A stretch of 59,377 bases of DNA, filler included, from Dugesia japonica (lineage: Eukaryota), in the NCBI GenBank assembly GCA_001938525.1. It is 6 parts of 6 records of this genome, joined end to end, with 100 filler letters (N's around TTAATTAATTAA, not from the genome) between each part and the next. Parts side by side here need not be neighbours in the genome. Positions count along the whole stretch, not along the records: positions 9,931 to 19,663 come from MQRL01632987.1; positions 19,764 to 29,772 come from MQRL01616891.1; 4 more parts are not named here. One strand, 5' to 3'. The notes beneath the pieces are model-generated. The model searched no databases. It was given only the letters and a program-made list of their open reading frames with translations, and was not told the DNA's origin. Below are positions 13,350 to 25,449 of the stretch, piece by piece; the first letter of the stretch is position 1, and every line of letters starts with the position of its first letter. Both the position numbers and the translations under genes were made by a program.

Positions 13350-14080
13350 TTGTTTTCCTATAAACTCATGAAATCTATACACTCTTAAGCCCTATATTAC
13401 ACGGTTACTATGTAAATAATACATAGTAACTATGTGAATAATACAAAGTAACTATGTAAAAAATACACTCATAAACCATAAAACATCATATTTCAAAAAA
13501 TTATTACTCCCCCTTTACAGAAAAATTCATTTAAATCTTATAATTTCCTATCCAACAAAATATATTTCCATCCAAAGAAAATATTTTTAAACCTCCATAT
13601 ACTACTTACTAAAATTAACCAGTCAAACTATTGATCAAAAATATTCAATTTAACTCAACTCTCCCACCAACATATTTCCCATTACATTACCTCTTCAACA
13701 AGCCATCAATCATCAAAATCCAACATATACTTACTAAACTATAAGGATTCAAAGAAAATCGTGTGATAACTCATCAGCCCATAAGTCCTTCAGACAATAT
13801 GTATATATATAAATTTTGTCCTAACACGCCCATATCATAAAACCCCGAAAAAGTTAAAATCAATAACTCCACTGCCCATTCGAGACCACTTTCACACATA
13901 CACACATCTTTACACACACACAACCCTTCACCGCCAAACCTTCACCAAAACAGCCATCTCCACTATTCAAACACACATACATCATCAATATCTCAAATAC
14001 TTAACCCCATTCTCCCAGGATCAAATTTCTATGATCCCGATCAAAAATCTGATCATTCCTAAAATCTTTTTTAAAAATCC
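13350..14080 (+). repeat. C/A-rich dispersed repeat, copy 2 (matches 90-410 and 4990-5650)
   Basis: AATACAAAGTA(A/T)CTATGTAAAAA and CACTCATAAACC are shared with 90-410; the downstream blocks are shared with 4990-5650. Confidence 0.72.
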
Positions 14081-16307
14081 ATGATAACCAATACTTAATT
14101 TATAACACAGTGTTATGACTTTTTACTTGGGTGGGTGTTCCAGTGCGCTTTTTGCAACATCAAGGGTATGTGGATAATATAATTTCACATTTGTTTAATT
14201 TAATCGAGTGATTTTGCAGCATGTATGCAATATCAATTCAAGTAGAACAATGCATTTCTTTTTTTTATAAGTAGCTGTATTTTCATTGGTTGATTTTAAT
14301 TGCTCAGATTGTGTTAAATAAAAAATTGTACATAACTCATTACCTTTTTCATTTTAATCAGTTTAATTTTATAATTATGTTCAAAATAAGAAGAGAAGAA
14401 TTCCGCAAAAATCATATGTTGACCGAATCAAGGAAAGAGGAAGATTATATTCATGAAAAAGGTAGATATTTTAACCCCTAATAAATTTATTAAATTTTAT
14501 TTTTTGGATATTAAAACAATAATATCGCATGAATTGAGAGTAAACTTGAAAAAAGAAGATTTAGAAAAGATATTACAGCAGTACAACATTTTGCTTGAGA
14601 AGGCAAGAAATGCAGATATAACCTACTAAAAAGATTGATTATTAATTTAAACCAATAAATTTTGTTCTTAAAATCGTCTATTATTTTTATTTTTTAATAT
14701 TAGTTAATTTTTTTTATTTGTTAGTTACGTTTTATATCCGAGTTTTATTTTGCTAACTTGCAAAAGTAATGCAATACAAGTGCAATTCAATTGCAAGTAA
14801 AAGAAATCATTTCAATGTTTTTTTATTGGACAGATTGTGTTACATGAAATTTGTATATATTAAGCAATTTATTGTCTATTTAAATACAATTTTAAAGTGA
14901 TTCTAAAAATGGAGAAGAGATAAGTAAACATGGAAAAGAATTTTATATATTATTATTGTTTAAATTTATTTTCAGATCTTGCAAGAAAGATATTAAATGT
15001 ATCCAAAATCAGAAACAAAATCCAAACGATTCGAACAAGATGATTACTGGAACTATGTTTTAAGAACGAAATACTTTGATATCGAAGATGTATTATTCCT
15101 TTTTATCAAAACCTCTATTTGACAACCGAAAATGGTGACGATTTGTGTTCATACACGCTTATGAAGGAACTAATTCTAGAGTGGTTAACATGATTTAAAG
15201 TAATATTATTAAATAAATTTTAGTTCTTATATTGTTTTTAGTTTTTTTTAATTTTTAATGTAACACTCATTTCAATTTAAATAATTTTTCAAGAAAAAAT
15301 AAATAAAAGAAAAGTAAAATAATTAAGCTCAATTTTCACTCAGAAAGAAACATTTTAATATGTGTTCATATTACATTCCTATTTTACTTTTTTATTTCCT
15401 ATATTTCAAAAGAAATAAAATATTTACACACGATTTTCACCACGAAGGAAGCGTTTTACGGTACAACTTCATGAGACATTCCTATCTTACTTTTTAATTT
15501 AATATCCAACTAAACCTTGGTATTTTCAATAAAATAAAAAGTGGGCTGATGCGCCTTTTCAATAATTGTTCTTTAGACAATGTATAGGCAGTTTTTAATT
15601 CTAAGGTCAATGATATCATTTTCAAGTTGAAATTTTAAAGCTTCGCCCCTAAATTGAAAATCTTAAAATGTCAAATATCTCCAAAACCAAGCATTTTAAA
15701 GACACTGGGTATTATAAATGTAGGGAATTTAATTCTCTATCTTTTGCGTATAAAATTTTTGGCGCCATTTTTAAAAATGGCTACAGGCCGTTTTCAAATT
15801 TTCCAAAAGGCATATGTGTACCGCCGATTTACAAACCGAAAACTTGGAGATAACAGAAGTTCCTAAAATTAAATTCTGCATATATATGTTTAAAACTAAA
15901 TTTCCTATCACCTTTCCTTCGACGGCTAGGAAGGTGGGCTGATTCGCCAAACTTAATCTCCAAAACTAAGCATTTTTCGATATTAGTACTTTAGGAATGG
16001 AATCGGTCTGGACACAAAAAACTTAAAGTTTAAAAAATTAAAATTTGAAATAACCCTTTACGTTGACGTTAAACAAAATTTTTAATCCAATAATTAGATT
16101 TGTCACTCGTTCTTATTCCAACAATACCACATTTTACTTAATTAAAGCAAAAAATAACCACAGAAATAGTTTTTTAAAATTTTTTAAAAAAAGCAAAATG
16201 TAAAAAAAAGTTAAAATCTCTTAAGCTCAAATTTTCTCAGCTCACATGAAGAGAGCAATGGGCTGATGCACCACTATCTACCTACTCGAAATTAGTCTTT
16301 TTGAGAC

Positions 16308-16601
16308 TATTAGTTTTATTTGTTTTCTTCATTTTAATCAATATTTATTTAAAAATATATTTTACAAATATAAAACTTTCAAATTAAAAATAATAAAACG
16401 ATAAAATCTAATTATTAAACTTTTAACTAAATATTTACATTTAAAAACTTTTGTAAATAAATATTTTTATAAAGTCTTACAATTAAATTTCAAATATACA
16501 TTTAAAAGTGTAAACTAATAAACATTGATTTGCATATAGACATTAAAACATTATTGCATTAAATTTTAAAAATATTTACAAATTTTTAAAATAACCTAAC
16601 A
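16308..16601. mobile_element. Solo LTR (T[A]TTAG...CTAACA family), TSD GAGAC/GAGAT
   Basis: Same termini as 32274-32620 and 54406-54767; 5-bp flanks differ by one base. Confidence 0.7.
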
Positions 16602-17090
16602 GAGATATTCACTTATTGCAATGAACTTGAAGGCATCAACAAGTTGAATTTTCAAGTTTTGGAAACACTAAAAGATTTGCTAAAACCTATTACACTGGCA
16701 GTTGAAGTACTAAAATTCGAAGGTGCAACTTTATTAACAGCTCACACAACCATTAATTTTATGCTAAACAAATTAAGAGACCAAAATACAGACAATGACA
16801 TAGAATTGTACGAAAATTTGAAGCGCCGAACAGATGAAAGAACTAATACTGATGACTTAAACTTGCTCGATTTTTTAAAAAATTTCGAAAAATCTTCATC
16901 AAAAGGCACGATAGCGTATTCTGGTAGCTGGTTTCTCATTATTTTGGCACATTATCAGCTGAACATGGACATAATGGAGGTGAAGAATCATTTCAGCTCG
17001 ATTTTAATCCAATCGAAGAATTATCATTCCGTAATAAACTGAATATGCTGTTGCAAAAGTCTTCAGAGCCTAAAGCATCATTAGAGCTGT
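16602..17090 (+). pseudogene. hAT-like DNA transposase fragment
   Basis: LETLKDLLKPITLAVEVLKFEGATLLTAHTTINFMLNKL...LYENLKRRTDER resembles the hAT C-terminal helical region. Confidence 0.55.
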
Positions 17091-17749
17091 ACCATCTGAG
17101 TTTAAATGGATATTATTAAATGGAAAGTAAATATAGATGTAAAGCTTAATGTAAAAATTTCGAACATATGTTTTTATGTTGCTAAAGAAATTTCACCACC
17201 TGTTATTTTTGGAATAAAATCTATTGAATATAAAACTCACCACTAATAAAATATATAATGAAGAATGTTAATAAATTCAAACCAAAAGCATTAGAAATCG
17301 AAAATATTAAAGATGAAATGATATTCAAGATTTTTAATAAATATGAAAGCATTATAAAATATAATTGAAAATGGTGGTTATGAACTAAAAATTGAGTAAA
17401 TCCTTAGAGTTACTTTAAATGGTGAAAAGCATTTACATAATTGTGTTGGACCTGATATTAAATTAGACAAAAATCTTAATACTAAGATATTCATGTTTTG
17501 ACATTTTTACTTCTTTTTTTATTATTTATTTTGCAATTTACATTACTTTTTTAGATTTTATCAAATCAAATTGTTAAGAAAAACGTTAGTTAATAAATAT
17601 CCGGAAATTTACAAAATTCTAAAATTAATAAAACTTTATTATATAACAAAATTCATTAAAATATTGTGCAATCAATGTAACTTCGTTCATGTTGTGAAAT
17701 AATCTAATTACAATAAGCAAGATTAATTGTGCGACTCAACTTTGCAATA

Positions 17750-18844
17750 TTATTTTGTCATTCCTAAAAAATCCTGCATATGTCGTTTGAACTTTTTCAT
17801 TTGAAAGTAATATACAAAAATATTGACTGATTGTTGAATAAAAAAAAATTCCCAACCAATATCTGAAATATTGAATATTATAACTAAAGTATCTAAATAT
17901 TCTAGTGGTCGTTGATTAATTATTATTAAATACCATATATAAACTGAAATATGTGGAATGGATCCAAGAATGAATATGAATGATAAAATTAAAACAAAAA
18001 CAACAGATTTAATTTCTTTTCGTGTTTTATCAAAATTCGAGTTTTGAATTGATAAAATTAACAACCTTTTTGTGTTATGTTTAGATAGCCATAATTTGTA
18101 AATTAATAAAAAATTTGTTAAAATGATGCTAAATATCGGAACTAGTCCAGGTATAGTAAACGCTGTTCTTATAAATTGAACAATCTTTTCCAAATATGAA
18201 TTATTAAAATAATAATTACTACAGTCAAGCTTTCCACTAGTATTTTCTAATTTTGTAAAAATACAAATAAAACCAACAACTAATCCTGTAAAAATGTAAA
18301 TGAATCCCACTATTATTTTTGCGAAATTTCCTCCATATTTCATCATTTTGATTGGAAAAAATATTGCTAAACATCGATCAATACAAATTCCTAAAAATAT
18401 ATAAAATCCAACTGAAACTGTATACATATAAGCAAAGCGATATACGATACATGACGTGGTATTTATATATTTGATAAACAAATATAATTTCCCATTTGTA
18501 GCATATGGCAAGCCTTTGGCTACAAAACACCATAACCATCCATAAGACAATAAATACCCGATATCTGTAATTGATAACCCTATTAATAATATATTTTGTC
18601 TATTTCGTCGTTTATATTTTAATGAAAATATATAAATAATAATTACGTTGCTAAAAATGCCAAAAGTTCCAATAAATGGAAATGCATATGAAGACCAAAT
18701 ACCCATTATTTGACTAAGAATACATAGAGTATTAAACAAAGAAATATTCGTTTCGTTTTTAGTGGCTTCTTCACATGCATAAAGTAAATCATAAGGAGTG
18801 TCTAATAAAGGAAATTTGTCTCTAAGAACAGAAAATGAAAACAT
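17750..18844 (-). CDS. Intronless orphan rhodopsin-family (class A) GPCR, flatworm-expanded peptide-receptor-like type
   Basis: Intact 364-aa ORF with seven hydrophobic segments; GxxxN in TM1 (GIFSN), LSITD in TM2, DRC at the end of TM3 (CIDRCLAIFFP), IP in TM6, NIFVY in TM7; KGLPYATNG in ECL1. Confidence 0.92.
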   Translation of the reverse strand: MFSFSVLRDKFPLLDTPYDLLYACEEATKNETNISLFNTLCILSQIMGIWSSYAFPFIGTFGIFSNVIIIYIFSLKYKRRNRQNILLIGLSITDIGYLLSYGWLWCFVAKGLPYATNGKLYLFIKYINTTSCIVYRFAYMYTVSVGFYIFLGICIDRCLAIFFPIKMMKYGGNFAKIIVGFIYIFTGLVVGFICIFTKLENTSGKLDCSNYYFNNSYLEKIVQFIRTAFTIPGLVPIFSIILTNFLLIYKLWLSKHNTKRLLILSIQNSNFDKTRKEIKSVVFVLILSFIFILGSIPHISVYIWYLIIINQRPLEYLDTLVIIFNISDIGWEFFFIQQSVNIFVYYFQMKKFKRHMQDFLGMTK

Positions 18845-19663
18845 TATTAAATTTTAGCCAATTTAGCATTAAATTTATAATAAACTTAACCAAATAAAAT
18901 CATTTAAATTATTAACCAATGATAAAAGTGCTATAAAAATTGTCATATTATTAAAAATAGTGAAATATTACATTTTAAACAAAATAATACAAAATATTTT
19001 GCACAAAATTGTGATTTTTCTATACATAATTCAATTAAAATTTTATTAGTAATTAGTAAGATATCAAACAATTAAGTACTGAAAAATACATTTAAACCTT
19101 ACAAATTTATTAGTAGAAACTAATAAAATTTCACGAAATTTTCAATTATTTTAAATAAAGTCTTAACAGAATACAATACTGTAAAAACATTTTAAATTGG
19201 CAGAAAATAAGAAAACTAGATAATTTCCCTGAGAGATAATTCTCCTTAAGGAAAAATAACAAAATGTTTAAAACGAAATATGATAGCAGACCATTTTAAT
19301 GTGTAGTATTTTGGATAATGATAATTCATGCTACTCAGGAGCTACATTTTTAACCTTTTAACCATTTGGGAACTTTTATATAACATGTTTAATAAGGTTT
19401 TTGACATTTTCTGATTGAACTTTCATCTCATGTATATGATATCTTTTTTATGTTTTATTATATTTTCTAACAACAGATTAGACACCAATATTATACATTT
19501 CAGTAGAGGGAAGCATTCACCCTGGCTCACTTGTGAAATTTGGTTTCTTACATAATCAACACACACAATAAGCATGACATATAACCTATTACGTTATCAC
19601 CCTCATGGAACTTGGAATTACAAAATTACTATGTTACATAATATATTTTCGTTACTATTATTA

Positions 19664-19763
19664 NNNNNNNNNNNNNNNNNNNNNNNNNNNNNNNNNNNNN
19701 NNNNNNNTTAATTAATTAANNNNNNNNNNNNNNNNNNNNNNNNNNNNNNNNNNNNNNNNNNNN
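19664..19763. other. Artificial scaffold-joining spacer
   Basis: 44N-TTAATTAATTAA-44N. Confidence 0.97.
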
Positions 19764-19769
19764 TTAATG

Positions 19770-20961
19770 AAATTGCACTCCCAATACCCTAAGTTCGATT
19801 AGTTTTCGACACATAGGGCATTCATTTAAATTTTAAGCGCAGCTGTAACTGGTTTTGAAGTTTCCACATGGAAGAAAAATAACTTCGATAGTTTCCTCCA
19901 GGCATATGGCACAGTCGTTATCCAATAATGCCCGTTCTTGTTTGTATTATTTTTGCAGCTCTTCTAATTTGAGTGATCGTTGGTATAATTCGTGTGGTGT
20001 GATTAATTCAGTCCCTTTCTCTGTGACCGTTTGTTTTATTAGTTAGTTGATATTTCCTTTCTTTAGCTTTAGTGTATTATTCAGCCTACTTGCCTGCAGT
20101 TCTACTGCCATTTCTATTCGGTTGAAAGACATATTCCATTCAATTCTGCAAGCTGTTGCTATTAATTCTTCCTCACCGATTGGCTGTACTCTGGAACATT
20201 TTGGTTGATGGAACATCGCCTTTGATAACTTCTTTACTTCTTTTAATAACGTGGTTTCTCGTTTACAGGTAGTGTATTTAATTACTTTGTCGTTAGTTTG
20301 TTGAACGAGGTATAATCCGTCCATTGCTTTCTCTTTCAGGCCTGGTATTTCCTGGAAAGTTTTTTCTCTAGCTTCGACATTCCATTCAAGATCATCTGGT
20401 AATGTCACTTCTGCTAGATTCTTTATGATTTTGCAATATAATTTTTTCAGTTGCAGTGTTGTTTTCTCAGTTTCTGGGTTTCTACCTTTGGTTGGCTGAG
20501 TTTTATTATTCACTTCTAGGTTTTGCAAGAAAAGAACAGATAGGAAACCATTTCTTGTGGGCTCTATTGGGTTTCTAGTTTCTCCCCCATTTGCACAGGT
20601 TGCCTTGGCAGTATATGCATTTCACCTTGTCTAGACGTTCTTGAGTACCGGCGAAATAAAATCCAGATCTGGCTATACCCTCAATGAGTCTATGTAGATG
20701 CTTTGGTAACTCGAATAAGGATTTTCTTCGCATACCTTCATCACAATATNTATTGTCAAACACTTTCATCGCACTATACCACACTTTCCGTCGTATAAAA
20801 TTTTCAGGTGCTCCAACGCTATTATGATAATACATTATGTTTTGCACTATTCTGATTTGCTTAATTTCATCTCGTCCTTGGCTCATGCAATGTAATTCAA
20901 TATATGGGTCATTCATTTTGATTCTGGCCTCGCTTATTGATAGTTCCAGATTAAATTCCAT
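19770..20961 (-). pseudogene. IAP-like protein: BIR domain, helical/coiled linker and C-terminal RING
   Basis: BIR: EGMRRKSL...IARSGFYFAG...DKVKCIYCQGNLCKWGRN*KPNRAHKKWFPICSFL. RING (19805-19915): CAICLEETIEVIFLPCGNFKTSYSCA*NLNECPMCRK. Stops, one frameshift and two ligand substitutions. Confidence 0.9.
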
Positions 20962-21179
20962 TATCTACAATTATAGGTACGGTTGATTCTAGTTATAGTA
21001 TTATTTATTTACATTAATTTTAATTAGTCGTTTATTTACCGTTTTTTTAAAGATTACTTGCGTATATAAATAGTTCCTAGTAGATATTTATGTATATAGT
21101 TTATATATTTCAGTATATAGTTTTTATATATATTTTATTTTATCATATTTTTGTCATATATATATATTTTTTAACTTCT

Positions 21180-21815
21180 GCTCTCCCTTAGATTTCAGAC
21201 AAAGCTGACTTGGATGTGAGCACTCCGGGTCTTGAGTGTCTCAATTTCCCACTTTTGTGAGTTTAAGGTAGTTAAGTTCTCTCGACTGATCAGAGATCAG
21301 ATCGTGTTGTTTAGCTGTTAACTCCATTGCGTAATTTTGTTTTTCTGTGGTAATTTCCAACATTCGTCGATTTTCTATTATTTGTTGTCGACACATAAGG
21401 GTTTCTGCATATAAATTCTCGTTTTGAAGTTGTAGGATTTTATTTTTAAATTCCAGCTCGCACCAATCTAGGGGATTTATAGTTATTAGGGTTTGTATAA
21501 ATTGATTTTGACTGTGCTCCAGTTCTTCTAATCGTTGTTGAGTCCATTGAGTTTTGATTTTAGCGCTATTCCATAATTCTTTCATTTCCTCATTATGATT
21601 TCTCCATATTTCATTGATCGTCACTTGTGAACAGATAATGTTATATTATTTATTGATGTGATACTTCCTGCAGGACTACTACATATGTCGCCTTGTGAGT
21701 CCATTAACTCATTCTCACCCATACTGGAATAGTCATTTTCATTTTCGATCTGACTCATTTTGTCTGAATAAGAGAGCTTTATTAATACCACAATTATAAT
21801 TACACGTTTATACAT
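21180..21815 (-). pseudogene. Coiled-coil accessory protein of the retroelement (frameshifted at ~21622)
   Basis: ORFs 21621-21815 and 21241-21624 overlap by 4 nt; heptad-rich Q/E/L/K sequence. Confidence 0.5.
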
Positions 21816-21868
21816 TACATATTTATTTTCATCATGATTTACAGTATTTACACGGATTCGAGATTAGT

Positions 21869-22683
21869 TTAACAGGTCATTATCCCCGGTGCCTGATAGG
21901 GTCTAGGCACATATGTGGGTAATCCGTTTGATATCATCCCCAGTGGTAATAATTCGTAATTTTGTGGGGCTACTGGTAGGTGTCGTCTTTTCCCTTTCCG
22001 ACTATGTTTCTTTCGTTTGGGTTTTGTTTGCTTACAGAATTGCACATATAGTGTGATTAATATCAGTACCGCTATTAATACACTCCCTACTATCATTATA
22101 TGGTCTGTTCCTTTTTTGGTTGGTTTAATGGTAACGATTGGTTCTTTCATTGAAGTAGGCCCATCCCATATCATCATCTGATCTTCCTTTGGCTGGTAAT
22201 TCCTCAGGTTTAACATTAAATTGTTTAGGAAGTTTGTTTTTTTGTTTTTTTCCCTCATTGGCCGCCGTAGTTGGTTTTTGAGTTTCCGTTATTGTGGTTT
22301 TCTCTGTGGTAGTTGTAGTACTTATTTTAACCTTTGGTTTAGTATTGTTCAGTTTTATTCTTATATCCCGATTTATAACTGTGGTGAATTCCATTTCCCA
22401 CATTTCCGGTCCAAAGCTACCCATGTTCACTCCTTGTTCTTGTAATGCATTTTCTTTGAATCCTGATATTTTTTCATTATACGCCCATCCCCATTGAGCG
22501 AGTGAATAGTATTTCTGTGCCGTTAATTGTTCCTTTTTTTCGTTAATCCGTAATTGATATGTGTTGTTCATTTTTCTGATCCGTACAGGTCCTGGACCTT
22601 CCTGCCAACGAGAACCCCATTTTCCAAACGTGTATTCGGTTATCGAGTGGAATCCTTTTCCCCGATTAATGGCTATACTTTTT
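21869..22683 (-). pseudogene. Type-I membrane protein with Thr-rich mucin-like stalk, TM helix and basic cytoplasmic tail (5' part lost in the N gap)
   Basis: STTTTTEKTTITETQKPTT stalk; TM IMIVGSVLIAVLILITLYVQFC followed by KQTKPKRKKHSRKGKRR; tail motifs YELL and LPTY; frameshift near 22250. Confidence 0.65.
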
Positions 22684-22760
22684 NNNNNNNNNNNNNNNNN
22701 NNNNNNNNNNNNNNNNNNNNNNNNNNNNNNNNNNNNNNNNNNNNNNNNNNNNNNNNNNNN

Positions 22761-23230
22761 GCTTTTACTATTGCCATGATTTCGCGTTCGGTTGTGCTAT
22801 AATTTAGTTCAGCTCCTTGAAATTTCTTGCTGAAATAAGCGATCACTCTCTCTCTTCCCTGTTCATCCAATTGGCTTAATATGGCACCCATCGCGTATCC
22901 ACTAGCGTCAGTGGCTAATATAAATGGTTTCTTGAAATTCGGATGCACCAAAATTGGTGCAGTTAATAATTTTTCCCGTAATGTCTCAAATGATTGTTGT
23001 TGTTCCGGCCCCCATATAAAGGCAGTATCTTGTTTGACCAATTCTTGCATGGGTTTTGAGATTTTTGCGAAATCTTTGATAAATTTGAGGTAATAGTTTG
23101 CGAGTCCTAAAAACTCCTGTATTTTGAGTACACAATTACGGGGTTCTAGGTTTCTGATTTTCTCAGTGTTTCTTGGATCTGGCTCCTTCCCTTTATTTGA
23201 TATTAAATGACCTCAATATGTCACTTTTTT
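22761..23230 (-). pseudogene. Gypsy RT connection domain and RNase H (truncated by the N gap)
   Basis: QEFLGLANYYLKFIKDFAKI; WGPEQQQSFETLREKLLTAPILVHPNFKKPFILATDASGYAMGAILSQ...YSTTEREIMAIV. Confidence 0.95.
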
Positions 23231-23800
23231 CTAGGCCCATTTGCATTTGGTAGGTTTCACTTTCAAGTTCCATTTTTGTAACCTTATAAACACATTACGC
23301 AAGTCATTAAGATGTCCTTGAAATGTTGGCGAATAGATTAATAGATCATCAATATAGGCCATACATTGAGATATACCGTGAGTTACATAATTCATCATTC
23401 GTTGAAAAGAGGCTGGTGCATTAGTAAGCCCGAATGGCATACGGATAAATTGGTATAAGTCTTTGCCTGTGGAAAAGGCTGTTTTCTCTCTGTCTTCTGG
23501 TTTAATTTGTATTTGCCAATAACTGCTTCGCAAGTCCAGTGTGGTGAATATTTTGGCGTTACAGGGTAACTGTAATAATTCATTGATGTCCGGCAGCGGA
23601 TATGTATCTTTTTTAGTTTGTGCATTTAATCTTCTGTAATCGATACAGAATCGCTGTGTCCCATTTTTCTATCGACTATTACCACTGGTGACTGCCATGT
23701 AGAGCAGCTAGGTTCGATCACACCGATTTTCACTAATTTAGCCGTTTCTTTATTTGCAAACTCTTTTTTCTCCACTGTCATGGCATATGGCTTCTGTTTG
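23231..23800 (-). pseudogene. Ty3/Gypsy reverse transcriptase
   Basis: CIDYRRLN, YPLPDI, LDLRSSYWQI, KTAFST, MPFGLTNAPASFQR, YIDD (23345-23356), KCKW; frameshift near 23665 and a stop at 23231. Confidence 0.96.
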
Positions 23801-24009
23801 CTTGGGGTTTCGTCCGTTAGTTGATTTGTGTGCATTGTAGCTATGCACATACCTAGTTCTTCATCAGTCCATGCAAAATTATCTCTAAACTCCTCCAGCA
23901 TTTGTAGTATTGTCTGTTTCTGATCATCCGACAAAGTTTCTGTCTCTACTTTAAATGTTCTATCTATTTCCAGTTCGGCGATTGTTTCCTCTATCAAGTC
24001 AAGTTCTGG

Positions 24010-24270
24010 TTCAATGGGAGTTAGTGTACCTATTCTAGAATTTGGTTTGATTGTGATATCTTTTTCGGTGAAGTTGACTAAACTAACTGGTACTTCTCCA
24101 CTTTTGTTGACTGTGATTATTCCTCCTGCTGTAGGTAACTCGTACTGTTGTGCAAATCCATCGTACGGTTCAAAATAACAATCTCCTTCGTATGCACTTT
24201 TGGTACTGACTACACAATATGCTTGGCATCTATTAGGTACCAAGATTTCTTTCGTAGTGAATACTTCGTG
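24010..24270 (-). other. dUTPase-like beta fold between protease and RT (catalytic motifs absent)
   Basis: EILVPNRCQAYCVV...GGIITVNKSGEVPVSLVNFTEKDITIKPNSRIGTL follows the V.N...I.I..G.RIG.L dUTPase-fold pattern common in animal Gypsy pol. Confidence 0.55.
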
Positions 24271-24329
24271 ATCTTTCACATGGGTATACCCTTCCAAGGA
24301 TTGCAATTGTAATTTGGAGAAGTTAAATA

Positions 24330-24630
24330 TACCATTCTTCATCAAAATTGGAAGAATGTCCGTACCCAAAATGCGCTGTCCAGCCATTTCGACTATTATC
24401 ATTTTGTGTTTGATTTTGTTGTCCTGATATTCTACGTCACAAGCTAATTCCCCAAAAATTTTAAGACTGCTTCCGTTTGCCACATCGGCTGTAGTGTTAG
24501 TGGGTAATATGTTTTTATATTCTGTTATCGCGATTTCTTCTATTGATAACAATGAGATTGTTGCTCCTGTGTCTAATAAAGCTGTTGTGGGTCTACCATT
24601 GATTTTAACCATAATTGTTAATACGGGTCC
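24330..24630 (-). CDS. Retropepsin aspartic protease domain 2
   Basis: VKINGRPTTALLDTGATISLL...VANGSSLKIFG...RILGTDIL within ORF 23626-25437. Confidence 0.93.
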
Positions 24631-24949
24631 GCCGTTGAGACTTGCGCATACTAACTCCGAAAGGTCACAATTGGGGTTGAGTTGTTTTCTGTCTTTCCAC
24701 CTTAGTTTTCGTTCTTGGAATCTTATCCAATCGTTCGTTATCATGGAGGCTGTATTGGTAATTTTCCGACGAGCTTGATTTAAGTTATTTTGTTCACCTC
24801 TGCCTGATGAGAGTTGCTGCTGCTGGTTAGGTGTTGAATGATTCCACCGCTGTGGTCGTTTCTGTTTGGTTATTATTCGAGTTTTCTGATACCCTGCTGG
24901 TGCATATTCTTGATCGTAGTTTTCCCGTATTGTTAGTTTCCTCAAATAT

Positions 24950-25260
24950 AATATTCCATCCGGGCATAGGCGTGGTAAGAGGTCCAGTCCTAATAAGCAG
25001 TAAAATGTTAATTCATTCATTATTTGTAATTTATGCCAAAGACGGATTCCGTCGCTTTCTATCGCACATATTGCTTCCCTAACAGGTGAGATTTTTTCTC
25101 CAGAGGCCGTGATGATAACTCCTTTAGTTATTGTTATTCTGAGTAGTCGATAATCTTCTAATATTTTTTTGTGGACTAACGTCGTACTTGTTCCCGTATC
25201 GATAATGGCTATTACCCATCTTCCGTCTATTTTTATCCTTTTTTGTAATAGTTTCGCTCT
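24950..25260 (-). CDS. Retropepsin aspartic protease domain 1
   Basis: IKIDGRWVIAIIDTGTSTTLV...ITASGEKI...CLLGLDLL within ORF 23626-25437. Confidence 0.9.
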
Positions 25261-25449
25261 CTGAGAAATCATCATACATACGGTTTGGGTTTCTAACTTA
25301 TCAATTTCAGTGATCTGGTTATTCGGAGAGCACAAGTTTTGGTCAGTCACTCTTCGATCAATAGTCGATAAATTGCTCTCTGTTAATAATACCATATTAG
25401 GAGCTTGTGGTGGACTCATATATGGGTTGTTGTACATGGGGCCTGGTGC

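Noticed and set aside
17750-20961. GPCR as cargo or neighbour of the large retroelement
   Set aside because: Separated from it by an artificial scaffold spacer (19664-19763).
22684-22760. Apparent absence of integrase in the large Gypsy element
   Set aside because: RNase H is cut off by an N gap and unrelated sequence resumes after it. The real gap may be much larger than 77 nt and could hide the integrase.
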